A stretch of 58,377 bases of DNA from an uncultured bacterium. GTDB taxonomy: Bacteria > Verrucomicrobiota > Verrucomicrobiia > Verrucomicrobiales > DEV007. Positions 1 to 13,302 of the stretch are shown here, piece after piece. The notes beneath the pieces are model-generated. The model did no database searches and was not told where the DNA came from. It worked only from the letters and a program-made list of their open reading frames with translations. Positions within the stretch are counted from its first letter, which is position 1; each line of letters starts with the position of its first letter. The stretch lies in NCBI GenBank assembly GCA_963977015.1, contig CAXBMO010000033.1:1-58377 (forward strand). Reading direction: 5' to 3'. The position numbers were made by a program, and so were the translations under genes.

Positions 1-1654
<1,654 letters not shown>

Positions 1655-1896
1655 TAAGCTCTCTTGATTTGCATGTTTACGCGCCTGTTCCGAAGAACAA
1701 ACGTTAAACAAAATTCACCGTTATATTGAGTATCTAAGCGATTCGCAAGGAGTTTACCACTTCAGCCGAAGCTGAAAGATAAGCTCAAATTGTGAAATCA
1801 CATAAAATACCTATTATGCAGTTGTCAAAGAGCGGACTTTTCAAGAATTTTTACGAACACTCTCCAAAGAGTGGAGGATAACCAAGGGAAAAACAA

Positions 1897-1970
<74 letters not shown>

Positions 1971-2025
1971 AGGAATTTAATCCGAGCTGTATCCGACTGC
2001 CACGCAGCCAGTTTTACATTAAAAA

Positions 2026-2101
2026 TGGTGGAGGCATGCGGATTCGAACCGCAGACCCTCTGCTTGCAAAGCAGATGCTCTACCAACTGAGCTATACCCC
2101 C
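2026..2101 (-). tRNA. tRNA-Ala(TGC)
   Basis: GGGGGTATAGCTCAGTTGGTAGAGC...TTTGCAA...GGTTCGAATCC...CTCCACCA; CCA encoded. Confidence 0.97.
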
Positions 2102-2118
2102 GCGTTCGTAAAAATTGC

Positions 2119-3898
<1,780 letters not shown>

Positions 3899-4054
3899 CG
3901 GCTATTTTGATTACTCTGATTTCTCAGACTCTCAAAACTAGCCTATCCTGTAAAAGATCTTCATGCCTGGGGGCAAAAAAGCCGATCAGCACTTTCTAGT
4001 GGCGATCGACTCGCTTGCCGTGTTTGGCACCCTGACGTTTCCGGTCGGGGTGAG

Positions 4055-4084
4055 AACTTATATCCACCTTTCCGATTGGTGCAA
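4055..4084 (-). promoter_or_regulatory. Putative rrn sigma70-type promoter
   Basis: TTGCAC-N18-TAAGTT (or N16-TATAAG) about 220 nt upstream of the 16S. Confidence 0.4.
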
Positions 4085-4223
4085 CTCTTTTGGTAAAGAT
4101 TTTTGAATTTTGGGTGCCGAAATGGGGCTCGATGGTCTCGCTGGGCGGGTGGTGGAGCTTGTAATTACTGTAACAGATTGCGCGTTCGTAAGTTATAGAT
4201 GCGACTTGCGGCCTCTTGGGTTC

Positions 4224-5171
4224 TCAGGGTCGGACGTTGCTTTCAGAGGTGAGGGCTATTTCGCTTTCTTTGTTTTTTCTTAGAGAATGGCCGCTCGGAG
4301 AGGGGTTGATGGGTGGCTCGGGCGACTTTTCATCGGCAATTTGGCGAAGTCTGACGACCACATTGCCCACCGTTTCATCCAAAGTTGAGGTTCCTGCGGT
4401 CACTCCAACCTCCTTGCTTTTGTAAAACCAGTGCGGTTTTAGGTCGCCGGGCCCTTCCACATGGTAGGCTTTTCGTCCATTTGCGCGGGCGCTGAGGACA
4501 AGTTGATGGGTGTTGTTGCTGTTTCGACCGCCAACAATGACGATGGTGTCATTGTTTTGGCAGAGGATCTCGAGCGAGATTTGCCGATTTTTGGTGGGTT
4601 GGCAGACGGTGTCGAGGAATTTGACCTGCGTGTTGGGGCGGCGCTTTTCGATTTGATGGACAAGATTGCGCACCAGATCGATGGGTTGCGTGGTTTGGGA
4701 TATGACACCGATCCGGTCGGATTGAGGGATGGATTCGATTTCCTCCGCCCTGGAGATGACGGTTGCCTCAGGAAAATCGGTGACCAGTCCTCTGACTTCC
4801 GCGTGATCGGGTTTGCCGATGACGACTGGGTGGTATCCGCCGAGCACGAGGCACTCCAAGGCGCGATGTGCTTTGCGAACAAGGGGACAGGTTGTGTCTG
4901 CGACGTGGTGGCCGGCATCTTTCCAGGCTTTTTTGGCACTATCGGCCGCGCCGTGGGCGGTGATCACTACGCGATCAGTTGATGCGGTTCCCGGCTTCTG
5001 GAGGTCTGCGTGTTGAACACCCAAGGTTTCCAGGTGCGCGCTGACGGTTGGGTTGTGGACGAGTTGTCCTAATACTGTGATGCGGCTCGAATGGGCGAGG
5101 TCATGGGTTAAGCGGAGCGCGTCGCGTACGCCAAAGCACATTCCGTAGTGTTCTGCGAGATTGATGTTCAT
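4224..5171 (-). CDS. ispH: 4-hydroxy-3-methylbut-2-enyl diphosphate reductase
   Basis: GMCFGV, LVHN, ITAHG, DTTCPLV, SQTTQ, DTVCQPT, GVTAGTST motifs with three Fe-S cysteines. Confidence 0.95.
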   Translation of the reverse strand: MNINLAEHYGMCFGVRDALRLTHDLAHSSRITVLGQLVHNPTVSAHLETLGVQHADLQKPGTASTDRVVITAHGAADSAKKAWKDAGHHVADTTCPLVRKAHRALECLVLGGYHPVVIGKPDHAEVRGLVTDFPEATVISRAEEIESIPQSDRIGVISQTTQPIDLVRNLVHQIEKRRPNTQVKFLDTVCQPTKNRQISLEILCQNNDTIVIVGGRNSNNTHQLVLSARANGRKAYHVEGPGDLKPHWFYKSKEVGVTAGTSTLDETVGNVVVRLRQIADEKSPEPPINPSPSGHSLRKNKESEIALTSESNVRP

Positions 5172-5586
5172 AGTCTGAGGTTGGTTGGGTCTTTGTTGCG
5201 CAAAGTATCCGGATAGGAGTTTGCGGGAGAAGTTGGAGGATGTTCCGCCTTTTCCATGAAGAGGGTTTGAAGCGAGGAAGAAGGTTTGGTGAAGAGTTCG
5301 TGAAGGTTGCTTTGCTGGGCAAAGTTCAAGTCACTGAGAAAGCTCCAAATCCAGGAGTGGCCCTCTTCAAGCTTTGGCTGTCTCCGGCAGTTGGAGCAGT
5401 TTTAGTGAACCAGCTGATGAACGATAGGCGGGTTCAAGAACGGGTGCGGCTTCGCCGAATGAAGCGTAACTGCGGAATCGTTGGCTTCCTGCAGCGCTCT
5501 CGCTCAGTCACGGAACTTGCTCTGCACCCTCACAACGCCTGGCAGGAGACCAAATCTCCTCGCGGCATCTCCACTTACAATCGCCC

Positions 5587-6345
5587 CTAGTAAGTCCAGC
5601 GACCACCGGGTGTTGAAATGACCGGCATCGTCTGGCGCCAGCACTCCGAGTAGTCGGTCTTTCCGATGGCACCTCGCATCTTCACTCCGGTGGATCTCCG
5701 CCAGGCTTGAGAAAAGGCTTCACCAGTGTGGCACCCCCAACTCTGTACCTTCGCTCCGCGGACAAAGAGACCACGATTGATTTGGGGAAGGTCATCGACA
5801 TGGAGGAAAACCTTGGAGGCTCCCGAAATCTCCCCGCTGTAGTCGAAGGTAAAGCAGTATTTGTTGGAGTGACCGAAGTAGTCGAAGCCTGCGATCTTGG
5901 TTCGACTGCGATCCACGCCGTGACCGCCTTGGTTGAGATAGCGAATCAACTGACTGGTTTCGTCGAACCAAATGAGTTTGCAGTTTACGGTCTCCTTATC
6001 TCGAACCGAAATCACCTGGGGGATCCGATCGACGCCATCTTCCTTGCTGCGGTGAACGTAGGCAGGCTTGAAAACGAGCCAGGTGATTTGGGCGTCGGCG
6101 CCTTTTTCCTTGCGAATTTGTTCCATGCGCAAACGAGCGGCACGCACAAAGTTGCCCCACCACCGATCGTGCTGAGCGCGTTCAGTGCGCAAAACTTCCC
6201 ATTCTCTGGAGGCTGGCCCACCGCTCACGATGATGTATTCGCCGTCCGGAAGATCGCTTCCCCCTCCTAAAGATGGGAGTTCGAGTGCTTGACCGGATAT
6301 CGGGATCAGCAGGGCGATCAGGGAAAGGAGGATTCTCTGGGGCAT
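5587..6345 (-). CDS. Secreted hypothetical protein, possible clan CD-like His/Cys fold
   Basis: Signal peptide; FDYFGHS and VQSWGCHTG motifs. Confidence 0.7.
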   Translation of the reverse strand: MPQRILLSLIALLIPISGQALELPSLGGGSDLPDGEYIIVSGGPASREWEVLRTERAQHDRWWGNFVRAARLRMEQIRKEKGADAQITWLVFKPAYVHRSKEDGVDRIPQVISVRDKETVNCKLIWFDETSQLIRYLNQGGHGVDRSRTKIAGFDYFGHSNKYCFTFDYSGEISGASKVFLHVDDLPQINRGLFVRGAKVQSWGCHTGEAFSQAWRRSTGVKMRGAIGKTDYSECWRQTMPVISTPGGRWTY

Positions 6346-6447
6346 GGGGAAGGTAGGTTCGTGAGGATTTCCAGTTTGTCAGAGCACGTTGACTTTCTCA
6401 AGATGAAAGAAGCACTTTGCAGCGGCGGGATCTTCGAGAGGACGGAT

Positions 6448-8247
6448 CTAATTGGGAAATTCTTCGTTGGGAATGCTCGCGACTACGTTTTTGTGCGGTG
6501 TGACCTCGGGGGAGGCTTTGTCGAGCGTGAAGAAAAAGGTCGCGCCTTCGCCCGCGAGTGAACTTACCCAGATTTGGCCACCATGGCGTTCGATGATCTT
6601 CTGCGTGACCGAAAGCCCGATTCCGGTGCCTTCATATTCTTCGCGCAAATGCAGCCGCCGGAAGATCTTGAAGATCCGATCCTGATGTTCGGGAGCGATC
6701 CCGATCCCGTTGTCGCGAATGCTGAACTGCCATTTCCCGTTCACTTCGTGGGCTTCGACGCGAATCTGAGGTTTGCAGCCACGGGTAAACTTGATGGCGT
6801 TGGCGAGGAGGTTTTGGAAAACGAGGGTGAGCTGGGTTTTGTCCGCCAAGACCCTGGGCAACGGTTGGGCGGCTATTTCGGCGGATTTCGCTTCAATGGC
6901 GTTGCCGAGATTTGCGATCGCGTTCCTGAACGCTTCTTCCGCGTCCACCTCATTCAACTTCAATTCGCTGGTGCCCGCCTGGGAATAGGCCAGAAGATCA
7001 TCGATCAGATCCTTCATCCGCTTGGTGCCATCGACCGCGAATTCGATAAACTCGTCGGCCTCGGCGTCGAGTTTTTCTCCATAACGTCGTTTAAGAAGTG
7101 AAACATAGCTGGCGACGGTGCGAAGCGGTTCGCGCAAATCGTGGGAGGCGATGTAAGCGAATTCCTGAAGTTCGGACAAACTCCGTCGCAGCTTTTCCTC
7201 CGCTTCCTTCCGCTCCTGAACCAACGTGATCGAGCCCGCCATCCGGTTGGGGGGAGCGTTGGGGCTGGGGCGATAGGCTTTTCCGCGAATCTCAAACCAG
7301 AGCGGCGATCCATCCTGATTTCGCAATCGGCAATAGCGCTTGAACACATCGAGACTTTCCTTGGCGTGAATCTCGAGCGATTCGCGAATGGTGAGCGCGT
7401 CCTCCTCATCGGGAAGGTGGAGGTGCTCCCAAACCTCAAAGGAGTTGAGCAAGTCTTCCGGAGCGAATCCAAGAAGTTCCTTGAATCGATCGCTCAAAAA
7501 GAGCCGGTCGCCGATCAAATCCCAATCCCAAATTCCCGCCTCGGAGCCGCTGACGGCGAGATCGAATCGTTCGGCGGCCTGGTGGACTTCCCGAGTCTGG
7601 CTCTCAATCTTGACGAGCATGGCATTGAACGAGTGCGAGAGCTGGGCCCATTCATTGTTGCCCTCCACCGGGACGCGGACGCTGTAATCGTGACGAATCC
7701 CAACCTTGAGGGCAGCATTCGCGAGTCGCTGGATCGGTTTGAGCACCTGAATCACCGAACGTTCGGCAACTGCGATCGCCAATCCGAGAGCGATGATCGA
7801 GAGACCCACAAAAATTCCGGCTGAAATCGCGAGTTGCCATCCTATATGGGCGAACGAGCCGCGGATGAGAAGGCTTCCCGAGAACCCCTCCTGGGAAACC
7901 GGATTGGTAACCACCGGGCAAAAGAAACGCTGGCAGGCGGCCCGGGGGCGGTTCGTGTGTTCGGGCTGCCATATAGAGAGGGTAGGGAATTGAGTAACGA
8001 CCTTGCCTTCGTTATCAATCAGGGCCGCGCTGTGAATGGACGACGTTCCGCGAAACAGTGTCTCCAAATATTGCGGATTGAGCACCTCTCCCGATTGGGC
8101 GGCGAAGTTGGCCGCTTGTTGCAGCGACTCCACCAAATTCAGGCGCAGTTCAATGCCCCTTAGAATAACCAAGCCCAAAAAGAGAATGAGCAAGCCGATC
8201 CGGAGGACGCGGATGTGACTGCGAAGGAGTTGGGCGCGTACCGTCAC
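6448..8247 (-). CDS. Membrane sensor histidine kinase (2 TM, HAMP, PAS, HisKA, HATPase)
   Basis: HAMP (PIQRLANAA...NEWAQLSHSFNAM), PAS (GIWDWDL), H-box FAYIASHDLREPLR, N-box QNLLANAIKF, G1 DNGIGI, G2 GTGIGL. Confidence 0.93.
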   Translation of the reverse strand: MTVRAQLLRSHIRVLRIGLLILFLGLVILRGIELRLNLVESLQQAANFAAQSGEVLNPQYLETLFRGTSSIHSAALIDNEGKVVTQFPTLSIWQPEHTNRPRAACQRFFCPVVTNPVSQEGFSGSLLIRGSFAHIGWQLAISAGIFVGLSIIALGLAIAVAERSVIQVLKPIQRLANAALKVGIRHDYSVRVPVEGNNEWAQLSHSFNAMLVKIESQTREVHQAAERFDLAVSGSEAGIWDWDLIGDRLFLSDRFKELLGFAPEDLLNSFEVWEHLHLPDEEDALTIRESLEIHAKESLDVFKRYCRLRNQDGSPLWFEIRGKAYRPSPNAPPNRMAGSITLVQERKEAEEKLRRSLSELQEFAYIASHDLREPLRTVASYVSLLKRRYGEKLDAEADEFIEFAVDGTKRMKDLIDDLLAYSQAGTSELKLNEVDAEEAFRNAIANLGNAIEAKSAEIAAQPLPRVLADKTQLTLVFQNLLANAIKFTRGCKPQIRVEAHEVNGKWQFSIRDNGIGIAPEHQDRIFKIFRRLHLREEYEGTGIGLSVTQKIIERHGGQIWVSSLAGEGATFFFTLDKASPEVTPHKNVVASIPNEEFPN

Positions 8248-8331
8248 TGTTTACTCCCATGAAGCCGAGATCTGTGGGAGAAATAGGTCAAAAGGGCGAT
8301 GCTGGAATTGGAGAATGGTGTCACCACAGTC

Positions 8332-9963
8332 TCAAAGCAGTCCATCTGCCAGGTAGACTTCGACGCGTTGGTTTTTGAGTCGTCCGGCTTCTGTGGCGTT
8401 GTCGCCAATGGGGAGTTCTCCGCCAAACCCGGTCACGACTTCTGCCTCCAGCCCTTTGGTCTTCAACAAATCAGCCACCGTCTTGGCTCGTTGTTTGGAT
8501 GCCTGGATCCGTTGTTGCTTGCTACCCGGCGTTTCGCTCGCTTCGGAAAAACCGACCAACACCAATTCTTGTTGGGCGCGCTGCGGATCCGAGAGGATGT
8601 AATTGGCAAGGCGATCCAAATCGGATTGAGATTTACTGTCGAGTTTGAACGTTCCGGGCCGAAACCGCAGCACGATGGGAACTTGTTGTGCCTTCGCGGT
8701 GATTTCGTCGTAGGGCTCAAGACCGGTGACGACGCGCTGTGGCGGTTTCGCGGAAGAGGCAATGCTGAGCGGGATGAATCCGTTTTGCTCGACAACAGCC
8801 TGGCCCGCGTCGGAAACGGCCCAATTGAGAAACTCATCGACGGACGATTCGCGTTTTTCAGGCGCGTACATATAGAGGCGTCTGGAAATGGCGTAGAGTT
8901 CGGTTGCCACATTGACCCGCGTTGGAAGTAATGGCTTGAGTCCGTCCCCGGCGGAAATGGCGAGCGTCTTGCAGCGTTGAACATAAGCCACGCCAGTGTA
9001 GCCGATGCTTCCCGGATCAGATGCCACCGAATTGGAAAGCGCGAAGCTGTCTTCGAATTCGCGGGTTCCCGGAGCCAATCCCTGGTGGTTTAGTACCAGG
9101 GAATCGAAGGTGTCGCGCGTTCCGGATTTTTCGTCGCGGCTATAGCGGGTGATGGGGAGCGAAGGGCCGCCGACCTCCGACCAGTTCTTGATCTTGCCGG
9201 TGAAGATCTCGCTGACTTGGCCAATCGAGAGCGAATCGATCGGATTATCGGGATGAACCAGAATCGGCAAGGCGTCGAGCGCGATCACGAACTCGCAATC
9301 CGGGCTTTCCATATCCCCGACGGGTTTGAGGAGATCCACCTCCTTGCTTTTGATGGGGCGTGAAGACATCCCAATTTGCGCTTCACCGCGGGAGAGGGCT
9401 GGGTAGGCGGTGCCGGAGCCATGACCCGAGACGAAAATCTCTCCAAACTGGTTTCCGGAAAATTGACCGTGCAGCGTGCATTCAACGGATGTCTGTCCGG
9501 GAATCCGAATCAACTCAGTTGCGCCCTTTTGTTTCATCCAGGACGCCGCGAGTGCCGGGCCCAGCTTGGCGCCAATGGTATTGGAGCCGTGCATGGTGAA
9601 CAGCATTTCGCCTTCGCGCATGGGCTGGAGCGGGGGTGAGGACGGTTTCCACACTTTTGCGCGCAGTTTTCCGATCTCTGCGGCGCTGAGCGGAGGTTGC
9701 ACACGGGCACCGATCGACTCGTAGAGTTGTTCGCGGTCCTTATTTTCCGCATTGACGATCGCTGAGGAAGCGCTGTCGAGCACTGCCTTCTGCGTGATGG
9801 CCAGAAAGCCGTTGCGGTCTTCGTAAATCTGTTTGGTCAGCTTGAGTTTTACCAGCGCGTCAACGCGCTCGTTCATTCTCTGGAGAAGAAATGCATCGTC
9901 AGCCGCGAGATTGCCGATCAGGGAAACGAGCAGAAATAGAAAGAGGAGAGGGGATGTGCGCAT
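8332..9963 (-). CDS. Secreted DUF1318(YdbL)-like / PstS-like phosphate-binding / OmpA C-terminal fusion protein
   Basis: Signal peptide; EDRNGFL...VNAENKDREQLY (YdbL-like); HGSNTIG, GSGTAY, IGMSSR, SRDEKSGT (PstS family); RF.PG.F.LD, SKQRA, NQRVEV (OmpA_C). Confidence 0.85.
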   Translation of the reverse strand: MRTSPLLFLFLLVSLIGNLAADDAFLLQRMNERVDALVKLKLTKQIYEDRNGFLAITQKAVLDSASSAIVNAENKDREQLYESIGARVQPPLSAAEIGKLRAKVWKPSSPPLQPMREGEMLFTMHGSNTIGAKLGPALAASWMKQKGATELIRIPGQTSVECTLHGQFSGNQFGEIFVSGHGSGTAYPALSRGEAQIGMSSRPIKSKEVDLLKPVGDMESPDCEFVIALDALPILVHPDNPIDSLSIGQVSEIFTGKIKNWSEVGGPSLPITRYSRDEKSGTRDTFDSLVLNHQGLAPGTREFEDSFALSNSVASDPGSIGYTGVAYVQRCKTLAISAGDGLKPLLPTRVNVATELYAISRRLYMYAPEKRESSVDEFLNWAVSDAGQAVVEQNGFIPLSIASSAKPPQRVVTGLEPYDEITAKAQQVPIVLRFRPGTFKLDSKSQSDLDRLANYILSDPQRAQQELVLVGFSEASETPGSKQQRIQASKQRAKTVADLLKTKGLEAEVVTGFGGELPIGDNATEAGRLKNQRVEVYLADGLL

Positions 9964-9971
9964 GACTGATC

Positions 9972-11216
9972 TTAGTACCGGGCTTGATTCATGAGCTCTG
10001 TTTCACGTGAAACAACTTCGCCCAACGTCTGCTTCAGGTTGTCAATGGCTGCCGCTTCATTGGCCGAAGCCACGCCTTGATCCCATGGTTTAATGTACCA
10101 GGCAGCGCCAACTCCGCCGAGCAGTAGCATTCCGAGAAAGAACGCGGCAGCTGCAGCTCCAACGCTTCGGCTCTTCGCTGAATGCGAGATTGGGCCGGTG
10201 ACCGGGCCGGTTTGCGAAGTCGTCACCAGGGAATTGCGGCTCGCCGTCGAAGGTCGGCTGGTGGAGGACGTGATCGATTGGCCGGTTTTGGTAACGGGGA
10301 GGGTAAGTGCGAGAGAGGGGTCTTCCTTTTTAGGAGGAGCCTTCATCTTGCCAACATAGGCGGGAACTTTTTCCCCGGAAACGGGCTTGGCGTCAGATGG
10401 AAAAAGCTCAAGGGCTTGCTTGGCGGATTCCGGTCGATCGTCCGGATCCCTCGACATCAAACGTTCGACCCACTCAATGACTTCTGGTGGAAGATCAGGC
10501 CGGCGCTCGGCGAGCGGAACAAAGGTGTTGGTGAGATGGGAGGACATGACCTGGGCGGTCGATTCCCCTTCGAACGGATATTTTCGAGTCAGGCTATGGT
10601 AATAGACACAGCCGAGAGAGTAGAGATCGGTCCGTTCATCAATCGTTTTGAGTTCAAACTGCTCGGGCGCCATGAAATACACCGTTCCCATGATGGCATT
10701 GGCTTGGGCCGCAGTTTGCATGGTGGGCATCTCGACAAACCGTACCAGGCCAAAGTCGACCAGCTTCACCGTAAACTTTTCTTCGTCCCGCCAATCAATC
10801 ATCAGGTTGGCCGGTTTCATGTCCCGGTGAATCAATCCACGGATGTGGGCGCTCGCCATCCCTTCCATGGTGTGCGTCACCAGGGTTTGGAGATCTTCCA
10901 GAGTGAGCGCGACTCGACCGACCGCCTGATCGAGCGATTCTCCATGTACATATTCCATCACCACAAACACGCCTTCGTCATCAACCCCCACGTCGTAGAC
11001 GGAAACGACGTTGGGATGCTGGAGCGAGGAAAGCGCGCGGGCTTCGCGCACCAACTTGTCCTCCTGTTCGTCACCAAGGCTCGAGGTTGCCTCACGGCGA
11101 ACCCGTTTCAGGGCGACGACACGCTGGAGATTTTGGTCAATGGCCAGATAGAGGACGCCGACGCCTCCTCTTCCAACCTCCTGGATAATCTGATAGCGAG
11201 TTCCGGAGGGATCCAT
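9972..11216 (-). CDS. Hanks-type Ser/Thr protein kinase with C-terminal TM helix
   Basis: GRGGVG, VALK, HRDMKPAN, DFG, MAPE, DLYSLG; Ser/Thr-rich linker, TM helix, short external tail. Confidence 0.95.
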   Translation of the reverse strand: MDPSGTRYQIIQEVGRGGVGVLYLAIDQNLQRVVALKRVRREATSSLGDEQEDKLVREARALSSLQHPNVVSVYDVGVDDEGVFVVMEYVHGESLDQAVGRVALTLEDLQTLVTHTMEGMASAHIRGLIHRDMKPANLMIDWRDEEKFTVKLVDFGLVRFVEMPTMQTAAQANAIMGTVYFMAPEQFELKTIDERTDLYSLGCVYYHSLTRKYPFEGESTAQVMSSHLTNTFVPLAERRPDLPPEVIEWVERLMSRDPDDRPESAKQALELFPSDAKPVSGEKVPAYVGKMKAPPKKEDPSLALTLPVTKTGQSITSSTSRPSTASRNSLVTTSQTGPVTGPISHSAKSRSVGAAAAAFFLGMLLLGGVGAAWYIKPWDQGVASANEAAAIDNLKQTLGEVVSRETELMNQARY

Positions 11217-11292
11217 AGTAGGGAATTCGTGCGGGAAAATTGAAGCAGGAACTGTAGGGCCGGGCGGCCGTTACTCAATTGCTTTGCCGGTT

Positions 11293-11309
11293 TGTGACGG
11301 ATTCGTTGC
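11293..11309 (-). promoter_or_regulatory. Pho-box-like site GCAACG-N5-GTCACA upstream of the kinase operon
   Basis: The same 6+6 spaced motif, in the same orientation, lies upstream of pstS (36217-36233); half-sites 11 bp apart as for PhoB/OmpR-family sites. Confidence 0.5.
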
Positions 11310-11427
11310 GCTCAGGATAAAGGGTCGGAATGGTTTTCATGGTTCGGTCAATCGTTGGCTTGCAAGTGCAGTAAAGTTGCGGGTATAGCGGAAGCTCATT
11401 TCCGCCCCAATTGAAGCACAGCAATAA

Positions 11428-13302
11428 ATGAGCCAAACCGATCCGGATAAGCCCTGGTTTTTGAGAATCTGGCCGAATCGATTCCTCCTGCTTCTGGTCG
11501 CCATGGCATTGTTGCTACCGGGGACGGGAACGATTCCGCTCATGGATCGGGACGAACCGCGCTTTGCGCAGGCAACCTGGGAGATGATGGAGCGTGGAGA
11601 CTGGCTGATCCCCTACTTCAATGACGAGTACCGATTCGATAAGCCGGTCCTCTCGTATTGGTGGATGCGGCTTCACAACACCATATTGGGCAAGTCAGAG
11701 TTGGCTTCGCGCCTGCATTCCGTGGTCTCGGCGTGGTTGATCGCCGTTGTGATCCAAGCATTGGGCGCGTTTTTGTTTTCGAAACGGGCCGGATTTCTCG
11801 CGGCGATGGCTTGGCTGACCTGCCTCCAGGTGTTGGTTCACGGTCGAATCTGCGTTGCGGATATGCCGATGATTCTTGGGATCACCATCAGCCTGCTCGC
11901 GATTTGTCGGCTGTTGATTCCCAGGGAAGGCGATGTTGTTCAGCCGTGGAAATGGTTTTGGGTTTTGGCCGGAGGACAAATCCTCGGATTTTTGGCAAAA
12001 GGGCCGATTGCGCTTTTTGTGCCATTGCTGGGGCTGATTCTGGCGCGTTTTGTATTCTATCGAGCACCGATTCCCTGGCGGCGGCTCAAATTGTTGCCGC
12101 TCGCCCTCGTGTTTTTGGTTGGCATCGGACTTTGGGGAATACCGGCGTTGATCGCAACCAATGGGGAATTCTGGCAAATTGGGATCGGGAAACACGTTGT
12201 CGAACGCGGAGCCGGAGCATTGAACGGGCGTTTTCCCGTGCTCGGCTATTACCTGGTGATGGGATTTCTCAGCTTGTTGCCGTGGAGCGCGTTTTTTCCC
12301 GCGGCATTTTCGCGGGAGCGATCACTGAAAACGGCGATCCTCACGGGGATCTTTGTTGCGCCCTATCTGATCTTCACTCCCTACGCGACCCAATTGCCGC
12401 ATTACGTATTGCCCGGGTTTCCGGCATTTTTCCTGTTGTTGATGCGAGGAGGGGAGATTCCAACGCCGCTGAATGCAGTCCCCTCCGTAAATCGTGTGCT
12501 GCGCTGGATTGGAATCGTCGCGCTCGTGCTCGCGCCAGTCGTGTGGTTGGCATTGCCCCAGATCATGGATCTCGGCCAACACGGAGCCAAGCTGTCATTC
12601 GTTGCGACGCTCGGGATTGGTGGGTTTATTTACGCGCTTTCGCGGAATTGGTTTTGGGCCTCGGTAGGCTTCGCCGCCGTTCCCAGCCTCGTCACTCTGG
12701 GCGTGGTGTTGTGCACCGAATTTCCGGAAGAATTCACCGCAATCCGTACCATTCTCCTGGCGGGAGTCGGGATCTTTCTCAGTATCGCTCTTGCCGCCCC
12801 TGCGTTTCGGACCAGGCGTTTGGTCTGGATGGTGACGGTTTACGCGGCAGGAATCAGTTTCGTCACGGTGTTCGCCCGGAATCTTCGCGACGCGCATCCC
12901 GTCGTGGCGATGGAGCAGGTCTGGGGCGATGCCAGCGAACCGGGTCGGGAATTTCGGGCCTGGACCTACACCGAACCGAGTTTGGTTTACTACAGTGGCC
13001 AAACCTGGGAGTTCAGAAGCCAGCTCAAAACGCTTCCGACCGCCGCCGCGTGGTTGCACCGCAAACCGGCCACTCGTACCGGAGTTTTTCTTCTGCGGGA
13101 ATGGAAACTCGAAGATGCGCTGAATTCCTCCGTTCGGACAGGTGATTGGCCCACCCAACCAAGTCGCGATTTTTCGAGCGAAGTTCAGACCGCGTTGAAA
13201 AAGGAGCTCCCGGAATCCCGATTCCGAACCGTCACGGGACTGAACATTGCCCGAAGCAGCTGGGTCGAGTTGTTGGTGGTGGTTCCCGAGGAGGAAGATT
13301 AG
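11428..13302 (+). CDS. ArnT/PMT-family (GT83-like) glycosyltransferase
   Basis: DRDEPRFAQ...EM...GDW..P.FN..YRFDKP, LAKGP, QLPHY.LP motifs; multiple TM helices. Confidence 0.88.
   Translation: MSQTDPDKPWFLRIWPNRFLLLLVAMALLLPGTGTIPLMDRDEPRFAQATWEMMERGDWLIPYFNDEYRFDKPVLSYWWMRLHNTILGKSELASRLHSVVSAWLIAVVIQALGAFLFSKRAGFLAAMAWLTCLQVLVHGRICVADMPMILGITISLLAICRLLIPREGDVVQPWKWFWVLAGGQILGFLAKGPIALFVPLLGLILARFVFYRAPIPWRRLKLLPLALVFLVGIGLWGIPALIATNGEFWQIGIGKHVVERGAGALNGRFPVLGYYLVMGFLSLLPWSAFFPAAFSRERSLKTAILTGIFVAPYLIFTPYATQLPHYVLPGFPAFFLLLMRGGEIPTPLNAVPSVNRVLRWIGIVALVLAPVVWLALPQIMDLGQHGAKLSFVATLGIGGFIYALSRNWFWASVGFAAVPSLVTLGVVLCTEFPEEFTAIRTILLAGVGIFLSIALAAPAFRTRRLVWMVTVYAAGISFVTVFARNLRDAHPVVAMEQVWGDASEPGREFRAWTYTEPSLVYYSGQTWEFRSQLKTLPTAAAWLHRKPATRTGVFLLREWKLEDALNSSVRTGDWPTQPSRDFSSEVQTALKKELPESRFRTVTGLNIARSSWVELLVVVPEEED

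Noticed and set aside
9964-9974. Kinase and PstS-OmpA gene as one frameshifted fusion
   Set aside because: The downstream gene has its own ATG and signal peptide, and the kinase ends cleanly after its TM helix and tail.
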